Part shown: positions 36,906 through 45,788 of the stretch, one piece after another | How the letters are laid out: each line of letters begins with the position of its first letter | Position numbering within the stretch: position 1 is the stretch's first letter | From: a virus | Taxonomy: Duplodnaviria; Caudoviricetes | Strand: one strand, 5' to 3' | Virus record (IMG/VR): IMGVR_UViG_3300027763_000069 | Span: 1-57,931 of that record | Length of the DNA: 57,931 nucleotides | The notes under the pieces: model-generated | Database searches by the model: none | The model's input: only the letters and a program-made list of their open reading frames with translations | Told to the model about the DNA's origin: nothing | Translations under genes and position numbers: made by a program

Positions 36906-37997
36906 TTATTTTAATCCAGCTAGGCGACGAATGTCTATTACTTCGCCCTGGCTATTAGCACTACTAATGCTATGATTTTCTTTATTGCCTGTGATTTCTT
37001 TTGCCTCTACAAGAGCCTTCTTCTTCTCCGGTGTGCTACCGTTTAATACAGCTGGTAGATACTTGTCAAAGCTAGTTCTTAGCTTGGCAGTTTGCACACT
37101 TTCTAGTAACTCACTCATAATCTCTTTCTGATCCTTGTTCAAAGGACTTAGAAGCTCACCCATTACTTCTTTACGAGCCGCAGTAGCTTGAGCACGAGCA
37201 ACTTGTTGCTGTGTACTTTCTACTAATGCTTGCTTTTCGGAAATAGCTTGTGTTGCTTCAGCGAGTTGTTTATCTTTTTCTGCAACTACTTTCAATAGCT
37301 TGCTTGTCTCAGATTTCTCATTTAACAAACTGTGCTGGAATTCAGTAGCATATGCTTCAAAAATCTTACGTCCAAAGTCGTTCTTACGTGCTTGATCAAT
37401 GTCTTCTTTAAGTTGTCCGATCTCTTTTGAGAGACCTTTTGTAACAACTGATTCAACAAGCTCAGCACTTTGTTTAACAAACTTGGTCTTTAATAAACCA
37501 AATTGTTCCTTAGCTTCTTTAATGAGACGTACCTTAGTCTCAGCTAAATCTTTCTTATCTTCATAGAAATCAGCGATTTCTTTAGCTAGAGCTTCTACAA
37601 TGAAACCTTCCAACTTGGCAAAATTTTCAGCCATAACTTTTTGGTCACCATGTAATTCAGTGATTTCTTTAGCTAGGCTGTTAAGAACAAATCCATTTAG
37701 TTTATCTGAATGTTCACGGATTGCAACAGCATACTTGGCTTTCGCTTCTGCTAGCTGTGCGCGATCTTCTGTGAATTCTTGGATTTCAGCAGTTAAACGA
37801 TCAGTAACCATCTTGTCGATAGCTTCGATCATTGTTTGCTTGTCATGTTCGTATTTTTGTGCGAATTCTTCGCGTAGTTGTTGAGTAGCTTGTTCACGGT
37901 TCTCTTGGATCTTTCTGTCCCAAGCAGACGTGATATCAGCTCTGATCTCTTCAGAAATCACATTGTTCTCGAATAATTGTTTAAGTGCGTCCAACAT
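36906..37997 (-). CDS. gp22: Prohead core scaffold protein (gp22-like)
   Basis: Long acidic coiled-coil protein between the protease and capsid genes, as in T4. Confidence 0.8.
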   Translation of the reverse strand: MLDALKQLFENNVISEEIRADITSAWDRKIQENREQATQQLREEFAQKYEHDKQTMIEAIDKMVTDRLTAEIQEFTEDRAQLAEAKAKYAVAIREHSDKLNGFVLNSLAKEITELHGDQKVMAENFAKLEGFIVEALAKEIADFYEDKKDLAETKVRLIKEAKEQFGLLKTKFVKQSAELVESVVTKGLSKEIGQLKEDIDQARKNDFGRKIFEAYATEFQHSLLNEKSETSKLLKVVAEKDKQLAEATQAISEKQALVESTQQQVARAQATAARKEVMGELLSPLNKDQKEIMSELLESVQTAKLRTSFDKYLPAVLNGSTPEKKKALVEAKEITGNKENHSISSANSQGEVIDIRRLAGLK

Positions 37998-38013
37998 ATG
38001 TGATTCTCCCTTG

Positions 38014-38643
38014 TTATTGGAGTCCGCCTATTATTTTCAATAGACTTTCTTTCAGGTATTTCTGTGCCTTTGCGTCGCCTGATACTTCTTGTGCTGTTAA
38101 AAATGCCTTATAGCCTCCACGAGTATTCATGATATGCTCATAAATGGGCGTTGGATACGCACCTGGGGCTGATGGTTGAGCTACCACATCCACTGTGATA
38201 ATCTCGAAATCTGTAACTTCACCGGAACCGTCTTCTTTGACGTTTCCGGATCCGCGTGAGCTAACACCTAACTTAACACCGGATTCTAACATAGTACGAA
38301 CTAAGTTACCCATTGGTGTAGGAAGGATTTTCATTTTACCGTAACCGTTTGGGCCATCCATCCACATTTCTGTGATCATATGGCTTACACGGTCTAGGTT
38401 AATTTTTAAATCATCAGGATGGTCTACTTCGCCTAAAACTGAATATCCGCCAGTTACCTGGTCGTTTAGTGTCTTGACAGCCCTGCCGATTTCATTCACA
38501 GGGTACACACGCTGATTTGCGTTTCGGATGCCGCCCTGGATGCAAATGCCCTTCATGTAAAGGTTTTTGCCCTCAGCACCATCCGACTCAACAACCATGC
38601 GAGCTTGGTCGAAAGTCAAGTTTTCACGTAAGTAAAGACTCAT
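38014..38643 (-). CDS. gp21: Prohead protease (gp21-like)
   Basis: GI.IQ...RNANQRVYP, GEVDHP, NLDRVSHMI, TPMG.L...L.SGV.LGVSSRGSG, DVVAQPSAPGAY. Confidence 0.95.
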   Translation of the reverse strand: MSLYLRENLTFDQARMVVESDGAEGKNLYMKGICIQGGIRNANQRVYPVNEIGRAVKTLNDQVTGGYSVLGEVDHPDDLKINLDRVSHMITEMWMDGPNGYGKMKILPTPMGNLVRTMLESGVKLGVSSRGSGNVKEDGSGEVTDFEIITVDVVAQPSAPGAYPTPIYEHIMNTRGGYKAFLTAQEVSGDAKAQKYLKESLLKIIGGLQ

Positions 38644-38647
38644 TTGA

Positions 38648-39448
38648 TTAGCGGCCTAATGTGCTTTTCGTATTTTGGCCGTTGTCGCCACCTGCTGGCT
38701 TGCTAACACCTTTAAGATGTTTAATACCAGCTTTGCCACCTGGAACATTTACGTTACCAGAGTTCAAATCTTTTGTGCTCGGGTTCAATAGGCCGCCTTG
38801 TGTGCCACCAGTTTCACTAGTTCCACCTTTAGCGATATTAGCAGTTGTACCGCCCATATCATTCTTACCAGCTACGATAGACTTGGAGTTTTGTCCGTTG
38901 TCGCCGTGCTTTGGAGCACCAACTTTCTCAACGTATTCACGAACGCTTTCTTTAGCAAAAGGATTTTCTTCCTCTTCGCCTTCGTCATCGCCCATGTCTT
39001 CTTCACCTTCTTCGTCACCTATTTCTTCTTCGCCGTGCTCTTCTTCACCGGACTCACCAGCTAGCATAGCTTCAAATTCTGCTTTTAGATCAGCTAAAGC
39101 GTCTTTAATGTCCATGACGTCATCTTTAGTAGCGGCTTCGTCACCACCTTCTTCGTCACCCATCATGTCGCCTTCTTCGTCGTCTCCGGCTTCTAGGTCA
39201 CCCATCATGTCGTCTGCTGGATCAGCACCGACTTCGTCCATGCCCATTTCAAAACCTTCTTCAACTTCTTCGTCTTCTTCGTCTTCTTCTTCAGAAGCTT
39301 CATCTACTTGGATGTCATCATCTAATAGATTTTCGTAAATTTCGCGAGATTTTGCTACCACTAGTTCGTGGAATAGTTCCTCGGCTTTTGATTTGTCTTC
39401 ATTAATAAGATATTCAAGCATCTGCTCGAACTTTGCGCGATCAGTCAT
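38648..39448 (-). CDS. Highly acidic prohead core-like protein (position of T4 gp67/gp68)
   Basis: D/E-rich low-complexity protein directly upstream of gp21; AGGAG SD and late promoter. Confidence 0.7.
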   Translation of the reverse strand: MTDRAKFEQMLEYLINEDKSKAEELFHELVVAKSREIYENLLDDDIQVDEASEEEDEEDEEVEEGFEMGMDEVGADPADDMMGDLEAGDDEEGDMMGDEEGGDEAATKDDVMDIKDALADLKAEFEAMLAGESGEEEHGEEEIGDEEGEEDMGDDEGEEEENPFAKESVREYVEKVGAPKHGDNGQNSKSIVAGKNDMGGTTANIAKGGTSETGGTQGGLLNPSTKDLNSGNVNVPGGKAGIKHLKGVSKPAGGDNGQNTKSTLGR

Positions 39449-39500
39449 GTTATGTCTCCTGTATAGTTATGAGGCAGTTACGCCCGCAAGGCTGTCGATG

Positions 39501-39507
39501 TATTTAA
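39501..39507 (-). promoter_or_regulatory. Late promoter variant (TTAAATA) for the core/protease/scaffold/capsid operon
   Basis: Minus strand ATTAAATAC directly after a terminator, ~50 nt upstream of the ATG at 39448. Confidence 0.6.
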
Positions 39508-39516
39508 TACTACTGT

Positions 39517-39538
39517 AAAAAAACCGGTCAATACCGGC
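39517..39538 (-). terminator. Rho-independent terminator after the 78 aa gene
   Basis: Minus strand GCCGGT-ATTG-ACCGG followed by T7; a T-run on the plus strand as well, so possibly bidirectional. Confidence 0.8.
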
Positions 39539-39565
39539 TGTTTTTTGTCAGTTTTGATGATTTAA

Positions 39566-39802
39566 TTATTCTGCGGCCACTGGGGTGGCATACATTCTAG
39601 AAATAAACTCCATTTCTGCTTCATGTTCTTTAATATGTAAATCACTTGCCCTGCGTAATTCGTTGATTTGTTTTAAGGTCAAACGTGTTTTACGTGTGTC
39701 ATCATCGCTGATAACACTGGTGTCATGTTTAGTCATATACTGGTCATCTTGTTCAGACTTGGCAGTATCTCTATTAAAATAAAACAGTTCTCTTAAAATC
39801 AT
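39566..39802 (-). CDS. Small head-module protein (78 aa)
   Basis: Between portal and core genes; DTRKTRLTLKQINELR motif; own late promoter. Confidence 0.75.
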   Translation of the reverse strand: MILRELFYFNRDTAKSEQDDQYMTKHDTSVISDDDTRKTRLTLKQINELRRASDLHIKEHEAEMEFISRMYATPVAAE

Positions 39803-39807
39803 AATAG

Positions 39808-39814
39808 TATTTAT
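39808..39814 (-). promoter_or_regulatory. Late promoter (ATAAATA) 5 nt upstream of the ATG at 39802
   Basis: Minus strand ATAAATA-CTATT-ATG overlapping the portal stop codon. Confidence 0.65.
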
Positions 39815-41517
39815 TAAGCAGGCATCGAACCAGCGGCAGGAGCAGCCATTTCTGCGCCAGCATCTGGTATTTCCATATCAGCAGGAGCTTCTTCACTACC
39901 GTCTAATGCGGCAGTATCTGATTCCATTCCTGTTGGACTTACGCCTGCACCGCGAAGTTGTCCGGCTGCATCTTGTCCAGGTGCTCGGCCTTCTCCGCTT
40001 TCTTCTTGCCACATCTTTTCGTTTTCTTTTAGGTCTTCGTCCGTCATACCTAAGAAGCGTTTTAGTGCAAAGCGTTTGCTGACAAACGGCAATGCAACCA
40101 TCTGTGCAAAGGTTGCAATACGTTGGTTATCTAGTTCTGCTTGACGATAAGCGGCAAAGTTTTGCGGACTTTGGAAGCGAATTTCAAACAGGCTAAAGTC
40201 AATGTTGACACCTTTGTTGTGTAAGAACAGCTTAAACTCAGTGTCAAATGTAGTGACCATTAGATTTTGTAAGCGTTCACAATACTTGTTAAAACGTAGT
40301 TCTTGAATATATGCTGTGCCAACGCGACCATCGTTATACTGTGCTTGGCTATCATCTGCACCTGTTGGCAGATAGCTACTTGGAATTCTTAAAGCTCGCA
40401 TTAACTTGTTGGTAAAGTAACGTAAGTCGTCAATTTCGCCTAGGTTAGTACCGCCCGGTAGTGTTTCAACTTTTGATCCACGACCTTCTGCTGTCTGCGG
40501 AAAGAAGTAGTCTTCATTGATACTTAGAGGATTATATGTGCTGTCAATTGAACTTCCACCACCTGTTGCACTTGGAATACGTCTTTGATGTATTTCGTTT
40601 TTTACACGCTCAACAAAGCCCATTGCTAGGTGACTTGGCATGTTACCCACGTCAATATAAAAGACTCTGCGTTCTGGAGCACGTTGTACACGATAGATAA
40701 TAATAGCATCTTCAAGCAGTTCTTTTTGCTTGTAGACTTTAAAAACACTTTCTAATAAGCTATTTCCAAAAGGATAGTTGTTGTCTAGTCCCTCTGATAG
40801 ACTTAGATGTACTACGTGTTTTGCGTCAATTGCATGTTCGTTTTGCTGTAGACTAAATCTGCTGCCGGCTGCAGGAGTTGCTGTGCCAACCATACCTCTA
40901 CCACCGCCGCCACCTTGTGTATAAGGTGCGGCTCCTGGCGCTTGATTTTGTGTGTTTGGATTAATCTGTGTAACAACTAGATGTTGAAAGTTGATGTTAA
41001 TGTCACGAATAACATACTGCTCAGGCTGTTTACCTTCGCTTTCGTTGACAATAATTTTTGTAATTTTGCTTGGATCTACATAGAACCACTTTTGTGTTTC
41101 TGGATCACGTAGAAAGAATCCGTCGCCGTACTTGAACAAGTTACGTGCAATACGGAACATACGTGTGTCTAACTTTTGCATCTTAGTCCACTGTTGTAGA
41201 TACTCTTTTAAGATGCCTACTTCACTAGTAGTTGGGCTACCACGGAACTGTAAGGTAAACGGTGTGTTATTTTCTTTGTTCTTTTGTGTAGTAAATTCTG
41301 CTAGGATGTCTAGTGCCGCGTTAACTTCACTGTCCCAATCCATTGTGTCGTACTGTAAATATCTTTCAATACGATTTGGGCTACCTGAATATACATCTGG
41401 CAAATAGCTTGAATAATTTGTGCGGGCCGGACCTGGTTTTCCACCGCTGCCGTAGATTGGGCTAACTGTTCCCGACTGGTTACTAGTTACGGGTGAAAAA
41501 TACTTTTTCCAACTCAT
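39814..41517 (-). CDS. gp20: Portal vertex protein (gp20-like)
   Basis: LLEDAIIIYRVQRAPERRVFYIDVGNMP...A..F, EDYFFP...GRG..VETLPGG.NLGEIDD.RYF..KL.RAL.IP.S.L, ELRF.K..RLQ: diagnostic gp20 motifs. Confidence 0.97.
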   Translation of the reverse strand: MSWKKYFSPVTSNQSGTVSPIYGSGGKPGPARTNYSSYLPDVYSGSPNRIERYLQYDTMDWDSEVNAALDILAEFTTQKNKENNTPFTLQFRGSPTTSEVGILKEYLQQWTKMQKLDTRMFRIARNLFKYGDGFFLRDPETQKWFYVDPSKITKIIVNESEGKQPEQYVIRDININFQHLVVTQINPNTQNQAPGAAPYTQGGGGGRGMVGTATPAAGSRFSLQQNEHAIDAKHVVHLSLSEGLDNNYPFGNSLLESVFKVYKQKELLEDAIIIYRVQRAPERRVFYIDVGNMPSHLAMGFVERVKNEIHQRRIPSATGGGSSIDSTYNPLSINEDYFFPQTAEGRGSKVETLPGGTNLGEIDDLRYFTNKLMRALRIPSSYLPTGADDSQAQYNDGRVGTAYIQELRFNKYCERLQNLMVTTFDTEFKLFLHNKGVNIDFSLFEIRFQSPQNFAAYRQAELDNQRIATFAQMVALPFVSKRFALKRFLGMTDEDLKENEKMWQEESGEGRAPGQDAAGQLRGAGVSPTGMESDTAALDGSEEAPADMEIPDAGAEMAAPAAGSMPA

Positions 41518-41529
41518 TGTGTTATCCTA

Positions 41530-44500
41530 TTAATAAATCTTGCCGGCTTTCTTGCTAGCAATAGTATCTAAGTGTTTCTTAGAAGCATCTTCAATTGTGA
41601 CTAAAGAATTTACACTACTATTTAACGTATCTAGCTTGGCTCCGAGGTCGGTTAAGATTCCTTCTTGTGTCTTGCTCCTAAGCTCTTCAAACTTTGGAAT
41701 AAACTTATTAATGAAGCTTTCATTAAAGTCTTTGAAGGCTTTGCTTAGTCCCTCAACACCTTCTTTGATATTTTTAAGACCTTGAGTATCTAACTTTTGA
41801 AAACCATCTTTGCTGGATCTTAGCTGTTCAGATAGCTGTCTTAGCTTAGTAGTACCGTCTGCTAGGCTAGTTAATTGTTCTTTGGAGAATGAAAAATCTT
41901 TAAGATCAAACCCGGTGGTTGCTTGCTTAAATGCTCCAATTGCTTGTGCTGTAGCAGTCATGTTAGCCGCTTGTGTTCCAAGGGCTGTTATTGTTTTAGT
42001 AAAATCTGGTAGTCTTCTAGTTAGTGTTTCAAAACTGCTAGTTTGATCACTAGTCATAGACAAATTGGCCAGTTTCATGCCATCTATTGCTGTCTTAAAC
42101 GCAGTAAACCCAGCGGCAGAGTTCTGTAATTGTGGTCCTAAAACTGCCATTTGTTTTAATGGTGCTGTTTGATCTCCGGAAAATAAACTACCAAGACCCT
42201 GACTTATGCCACTTAAGAAGCCTGGATTAAATCCGTCTAAGGCTTTCTTAATTGCTTCGATACCTGCGGCTGCGGCTGTCATATTTGCTGATGGTATGTT
42301 GGCAAGTTGTTTTACGCTGTCTGTTGCTACCTTAGTTCCTTCAGTTTTATATTTAGAAATAGTGTCAATTATTTTACTAATACTGTCGCCGATTGCTGTA
42401 ATTGATCCAATAATAACCGAGCCAATACTTTTAACTACTTTAGCAATACCGTTAAAAATAACTTCAAAGCCGTCTTTGGCATTAGTAATAGCAGTACCTA
42501 TATCTTTCATTACAGTGCCAACTGCCTTGCCAAAAGATTCTATTACTGGGGCTACGCCTTCAAGTATACGTTTTACCATTGTACCAAATGATTCAAATCC
42601 TGGACTTGCAATTTCAAATGCCTTGGCTAATCCCATGATTGCTAAAGTAACTGCTCCTAATCCAAGTAGTGCCATTGGATTTGCTATTGCCTTTAAACCG
42701 CCTGCTAATCCTGTTAGGCCTGCTCCCATTCCTCCACCTGCACTTGCGGCTGCGCCGCCACTTGCTACTCTACTTGCGGCACCACTTATTAGTCCACCAC
42801 CAACTTTAAATGCGGCCCAAACTGCAAATAGTGCTAATATGCCTTTGATTCCTGCATTTCTAATGTCGTCATTATTCCATAGTGCTGTGAATCCTGATAC
42901 TATTCCAGCTTTTATTCCGGGCCACATGGATGCAAATGCATCGCCTATCATTATACCCACTTTCTTCATAGCGGCTTCAGATACAGATACCGCTTGACCT
43001 TTCCCATCAATTAGATCTTCAGGGGTTATACTGAATAAATTCTTTAAAATATTCTCATAGGCTTTCTTCATTGCACCGCCCCAACCAATGTTGGGATTTT
43101 GCACATCTTCTATAAAGTCGCCTATACCTTTTAACATTAATTCAAAACCTGATATAACACTTTCTAATAACTTTGGTAGTTTTTCATCTGACCCCTGTAG
43201 CAAGTTGTCCAGCATGCCGCTTAATCTAGTAAATGCTGGACTCTTGAGTAAAGTATCCATCAGCTTGCCTCTAAAGAGTTCTATTACATTTGAGAATTTA
43301 AGATAAAATTCTTCAATGCTTTTGTTTCTCTTTGCTTTGGCCATTGCTTCATCAATTTCTTTTTGTGATTTAACAGTCTTTGAAGCCATTTCCATCACGG
43401 CCGCATAGGCTGTTTTAAATCCAGGTATGGCTTTTTCTCTAGCGTCAATTTCAGCTGGACTTAATTTTATTAATTTTTCACGTTGCCTTTGTGCTTCAAC
43501 TATCATACGATTCTGTGCTTCAGTTGCGTCAAGTCCGCCTTCAGCATAGAGTTTCATAGTGTTCATAATTTCAGGAGATACTGCGGTCATAGCAATGCCT
43601 TCTGCCGAACTAACAAATCCCTTAGCACCTTCTAATAATGCAGGTCCACCAATCTTAAATGAGTCAAGGATTTGTGTTAGACCAACTTCAAATGCCTGCT
43701 GTTTATCTTTTGGAATTCTTGCTTTTAGTGCTTGTATGCTGAGTTCTTTACTCATAGCATCAACACCTTTCATTAGTGATTGTCTGCTAAGTCCCGAAGC
43801 TGCCGCAGATTTGTTAAGCTCTTCACCAAATATTCCAGCACTTGCAATTAACTCTCTGTCGGATAACTGACGATCTCGTCCCATACGACTGTTAATACTA
43901 GCATACGTCACTAGCGTGTCGTTAAGTTCGTCTATAGTGAATCCCATTTCTAATAGGCGTTGCCCTGCTTGACCTTCACGCATATTCTTGCTTAGTTCGC
44001 CAAATCGTTTTGCACCTTGAGTAACTGTGCCGCCTAAGCTAGCAAACGCTTCTGAATTCTGTTGCACAAAGTTAGCAAAGCGATCCATGCTCATACCAGA
44101 CTGTGCCGCAGATTGGCGCATAGCTGTAATATCATTTCCAAAGTTTGCGCCAACTTGACTTAGGCTTCTAAATGTATCAATAGTTTTATCAATGTAGCTA
44201 GATAGACTATGTACTAATCCTCCAAGTACTCCAAATATGCTTGGCAATTTTGACAAGTGTGCAGTGAAGTCACTAACACGATCTCCGCCCATTAGTAATT
44301 CTTTGCTAAGATCTAACATGACCTTAGCGGTACCGCCTATTAGATTACCAGCAAAGCCTAATAGCTTGCCCGTAGCATCTGCAACTGCTCCTGCAAATCT
44401 ACCAACTGCATCGCCAGCTTTGTTAAGAGCAGTAGCGGTAGTAGTAGCGGCTTTACCAACAGCTCCACCACTGCCTCCAGCAGAACCACTACTAGCACCG

Positions 44501-44631
44501 CTACCTCCGGCACCTGTACCACCAAATTTATTAAATGCTTCTAGTAATTTTTGAAGCGTAGCTTCGCTAGCGGCATTTGTTAATGCAACTTCTTGATCAC
44601 CTATTCTACCGGTTACTGTGGTATCTGCCAT
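41530..44631 (-). CDS. Tape-measure / gp29-like tail length protein (1033 aa)
   Basis: Long Ala/Gly-rich amphipathic helical protein with hydrophobic segments; NAASEATL..LL N-terminus; adjacent to tail chaperone-like genes. Confidence 0.75.
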   Translation of the reverse strand: MADTTVTGRIGDQEVALTNAASEATLQKLLEAFNKFGGTGAGGSGASSGSAGGSGGAVGKAATTTATALNKAGDAVGRFAGAVADATGKLLGFAGNLIGGTAKVMLDLSKELLMGGDRVSDFTAHLSKLPSIFGVLGGLVHSLSSYIDKTIDTFRSLSQVGANFGNDITAMRQSAAQSGMSMDRFANFVQQNSEAFASLGGTVTQGAKRFGELSKNMREGQAGQRLLEMGFTIDELNDTLVTYASINSRMGRDRQLSDRELIASAGIFGEELNKSAAASGLSRQSLMKGVDAMSKELSIQALKARIPKDKQQAFEVGLTQILDSFKIGGPALLEGAKGFVSSAEGIAMTAVSPEIMNTMKLYAEGGLDATEAQNRMIVEAQRQREKLIKLSPAEIDAREKAIPGFKTAYAAVMEMASKTVKSQKEIDEAMAKAKRNKSIEEFYLKFSNVIELFRGKLMDTLLKSPAFTRLSGMLDNLLQGSDEKLPKLLESVISGFELMLKGIGDFIEDVQNPNIGWGGAMKKAYENILKNLFSITPEDLIDGKGQAVSVSEAAMKKVGIMIGDAFASMWPGIKAGIVSGFTALWNNDDIRNAGIKGILALFAVWAAFKVGGGLISGAASRVASGGAAASAGGGMGAGLTGLAGGLKAIANPMALLGLGAVTLAIMGLAKAFEIASPGFESFGTMVKRILEGVAPVIESFGKAVGTVMKDIGTAITNAKDGFEVIFNGIAKVVKSIGSVIIGSITAIGDSISKIIDTISKYKTEGTKVATDSVKQLANIPSANMTAAAAGIEAIKKALDGFNPGFLSGISQGLGSLFSGDQTAPLKQMAVLGPQLQNSAAGFTAFKTAIDGMKLANLSMTSDQTSSFETLTRRLPDFTKTITALGTQAANMTATAQAIGAFKQATTGFDLKDFSFSKEQLTSLADGTTKLRQLSEQLRSSKDGFQKLDTQGLKNIKEGVEGLSKAFKDFNESFINKFIPKFEELRSKTQEGILTDLGAKLDTLNSSVNSLVTIEDASKKHLDTIASKKAGKIY

Positions 44632-44656
44632 TTATTTTTTCACCTAAATCTGCGTA

Positions 44657-44664
44657 TATAAATA
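44657..44664 (+). promoter_or_regulatory. Late promoter, perfect T4 consensus TATAAATA
   Basis: Exact match upstream of the gp26-like gene. Confidence 0.8.
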
Positions 44665-44684
44665 CAATATGATATCTTATCCTT

Positions 44685-44691
44685 TATTTAG
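44685..44691 (-). promoter_or_regulatory. Late promoter variant (CTAAATA) for the tape-measure/portal unit
   Basis: Only TAAATA core on the minus strand in this gap; same variant as at 28792-28798. Confidence 0.55.
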
Positions 44692-44706
44692 TTGGAGTTA
44701 AACCCT

Positions 44707-45564
44707 GTGGAAAATCAAACATTAAACCCGTTAAAGAAGTACTTTAGACAACCTAAGATCTATATTAAGTTGCCCAGCAGTGGCAATTTTTATCCTCCAG
44801 GTGTTCTAGAAAAATCTGAAAACGGAGAGTATCCCGTTTACGCAATGACAGCAAAGGATGAGTTGGTTATGAAAACTCCCGATGCTCTAATGAACGGACA
44901 AGCAACAGTAGATGTTATACAAAGCTGTTTCCCTAGTATTAAAAATGCATGGCAAATCCCTAGTGTTGATATGGATGCAATTTTAATTGCTATTCGTCTT
45001 GCTACCTATGGTGAAAAATTAGATATTACTATAACTATTCCAGTAATTGAAGACTCAAGAACATTTGAATTAGATCTACGCACGGTACTTGATTCGTTAT
45101 TAAATGCGGCTTATGATAATGAAATTCAAATTGGTGAAGACATTAAAGCATTTGTTAGACCTTTGACATATAAAGAGTTTACTCAGACTGCAATTAAAAC
45201 TCTAGAAGAACAACGTATCTTTAGCATTGTTAATGATAATGCAATGGAAGATACTAAAAAGATGGAGTTGTTTAATGCGGCTTTTAAAAAGCTAACTGAC
45301 ATCAATGTTGACATGGTTACCAACAGCGTTGTTAAGATTGTAACTCTTGATGGAGAAACTAGCGATCCAATATTCATTAAAGAGTTTATTGACAATGCTG
45401 ACAAAGATTTCTTTAAAGCTATAATGGATCATCTTGAGATACAAAAAAATAAGTTTGCAATACCTGTACAAAAGGTTGCTACTACTGAAGAAGATCAAGC
45501 AGGTGGGGCACCTAAAATGGTTGAGATTCCAATTACTTTGGACGCCGCAAGTTTTTTCGCGTAA
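44707..45564 (+). CDS. Baseplate hub / tail assembly chaperone (gp26-like)
   Basis: P.IYIKLPS.G..Y, MTAKDEL..K, D.DAILIAIR..TYGE, RPLTY, C-terminal ...ASFFA resemble T4 gp26-family proteins; GTG at 44707 follows GGAG (44694-44697), so preferred to TTG 44692. Confidence 0.75.
   Translation: MENQTLNPLKKYFRQPKIYIKLPSSGNFYPPGVLEKSENGEYPVYAMTAKDELVMKTPDALMNGQATVDVIQSCFPSIKNAWQIPSVDMDAILIAIRLATYGEKLDITITIPVIEDSRTFELDLRTVLDSLLNAAYDNEIQIGEDIKAFVRPLTYKEFTQTAIKTLEEQRIFSIVNDNAMEDTKKMELFNAAFKKLTDINVDMVTNSVVKIVTLDGETSDPIFIKEFIDNADKDFFKAIMDHLEIQKNKFAIPVQKVATTEEDQAGGAPKMVEIPITLDAASFFA
45552..45558 (+). other. Candidate -1 ribosomal frameshift heptamer T TTT TTC
   Basis: X XXY YYZ in the correct phase one codon before the stop; the -1 frame is open and continuous with ORF 45600..45788. 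Confidence 0.7.
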
Positions 45565-45599
45565 GGCTCTTTACTATCCCACTTGAAGATGCTCTCCGG

Positions 45600-45788
45600 A
45601 TGGTGGACCATATAGATAATGAAGCCAAAAATTTCAAACTAGAATTATATAAGTTAGCGTGGTATATGAGAGGTGCGATTTCCATGGAAGACGCATTTTA
45701 CCTTACCTACGAGGATAGAGAAATCATTGGAAAGATTGTTGAAGACAATCTTGAAACAACCAAGAAAAGTGGACTGCCTTTCTTTTAA
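45600..45788 (+). CDS. gp51-like / GT-like chaperone C-terminal segment, probably made as a frameshift fusion
   Basis: LAWYMRGAISMEDAFYLTYEDRE pattern; no SD before ATG 45600; frame open back to the slippery site. Confidence 0.7.
   Translation: MVDHIDNEAKNFKLELYKLAWYMRGAISMEDAFYLTYEDREIIGKIVEDNLETTKKSGLPFF

Noticed and set aside
39449-39500. Small possible hairpin (CAG-CCU-UGC-GGG-CGUAA-CUG) in the leader of the core gene
   Set aside because: Too short and weak to distinguish from chance without homologues.
36624-44554. Plus-strand ORFs up to 263 aa opposite the head and tape-measure genes
   Set aside because: Antisense to clearly identified genes; low-complexity mirror translations (e.g. 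poly-Ser opposite poly-Glu).
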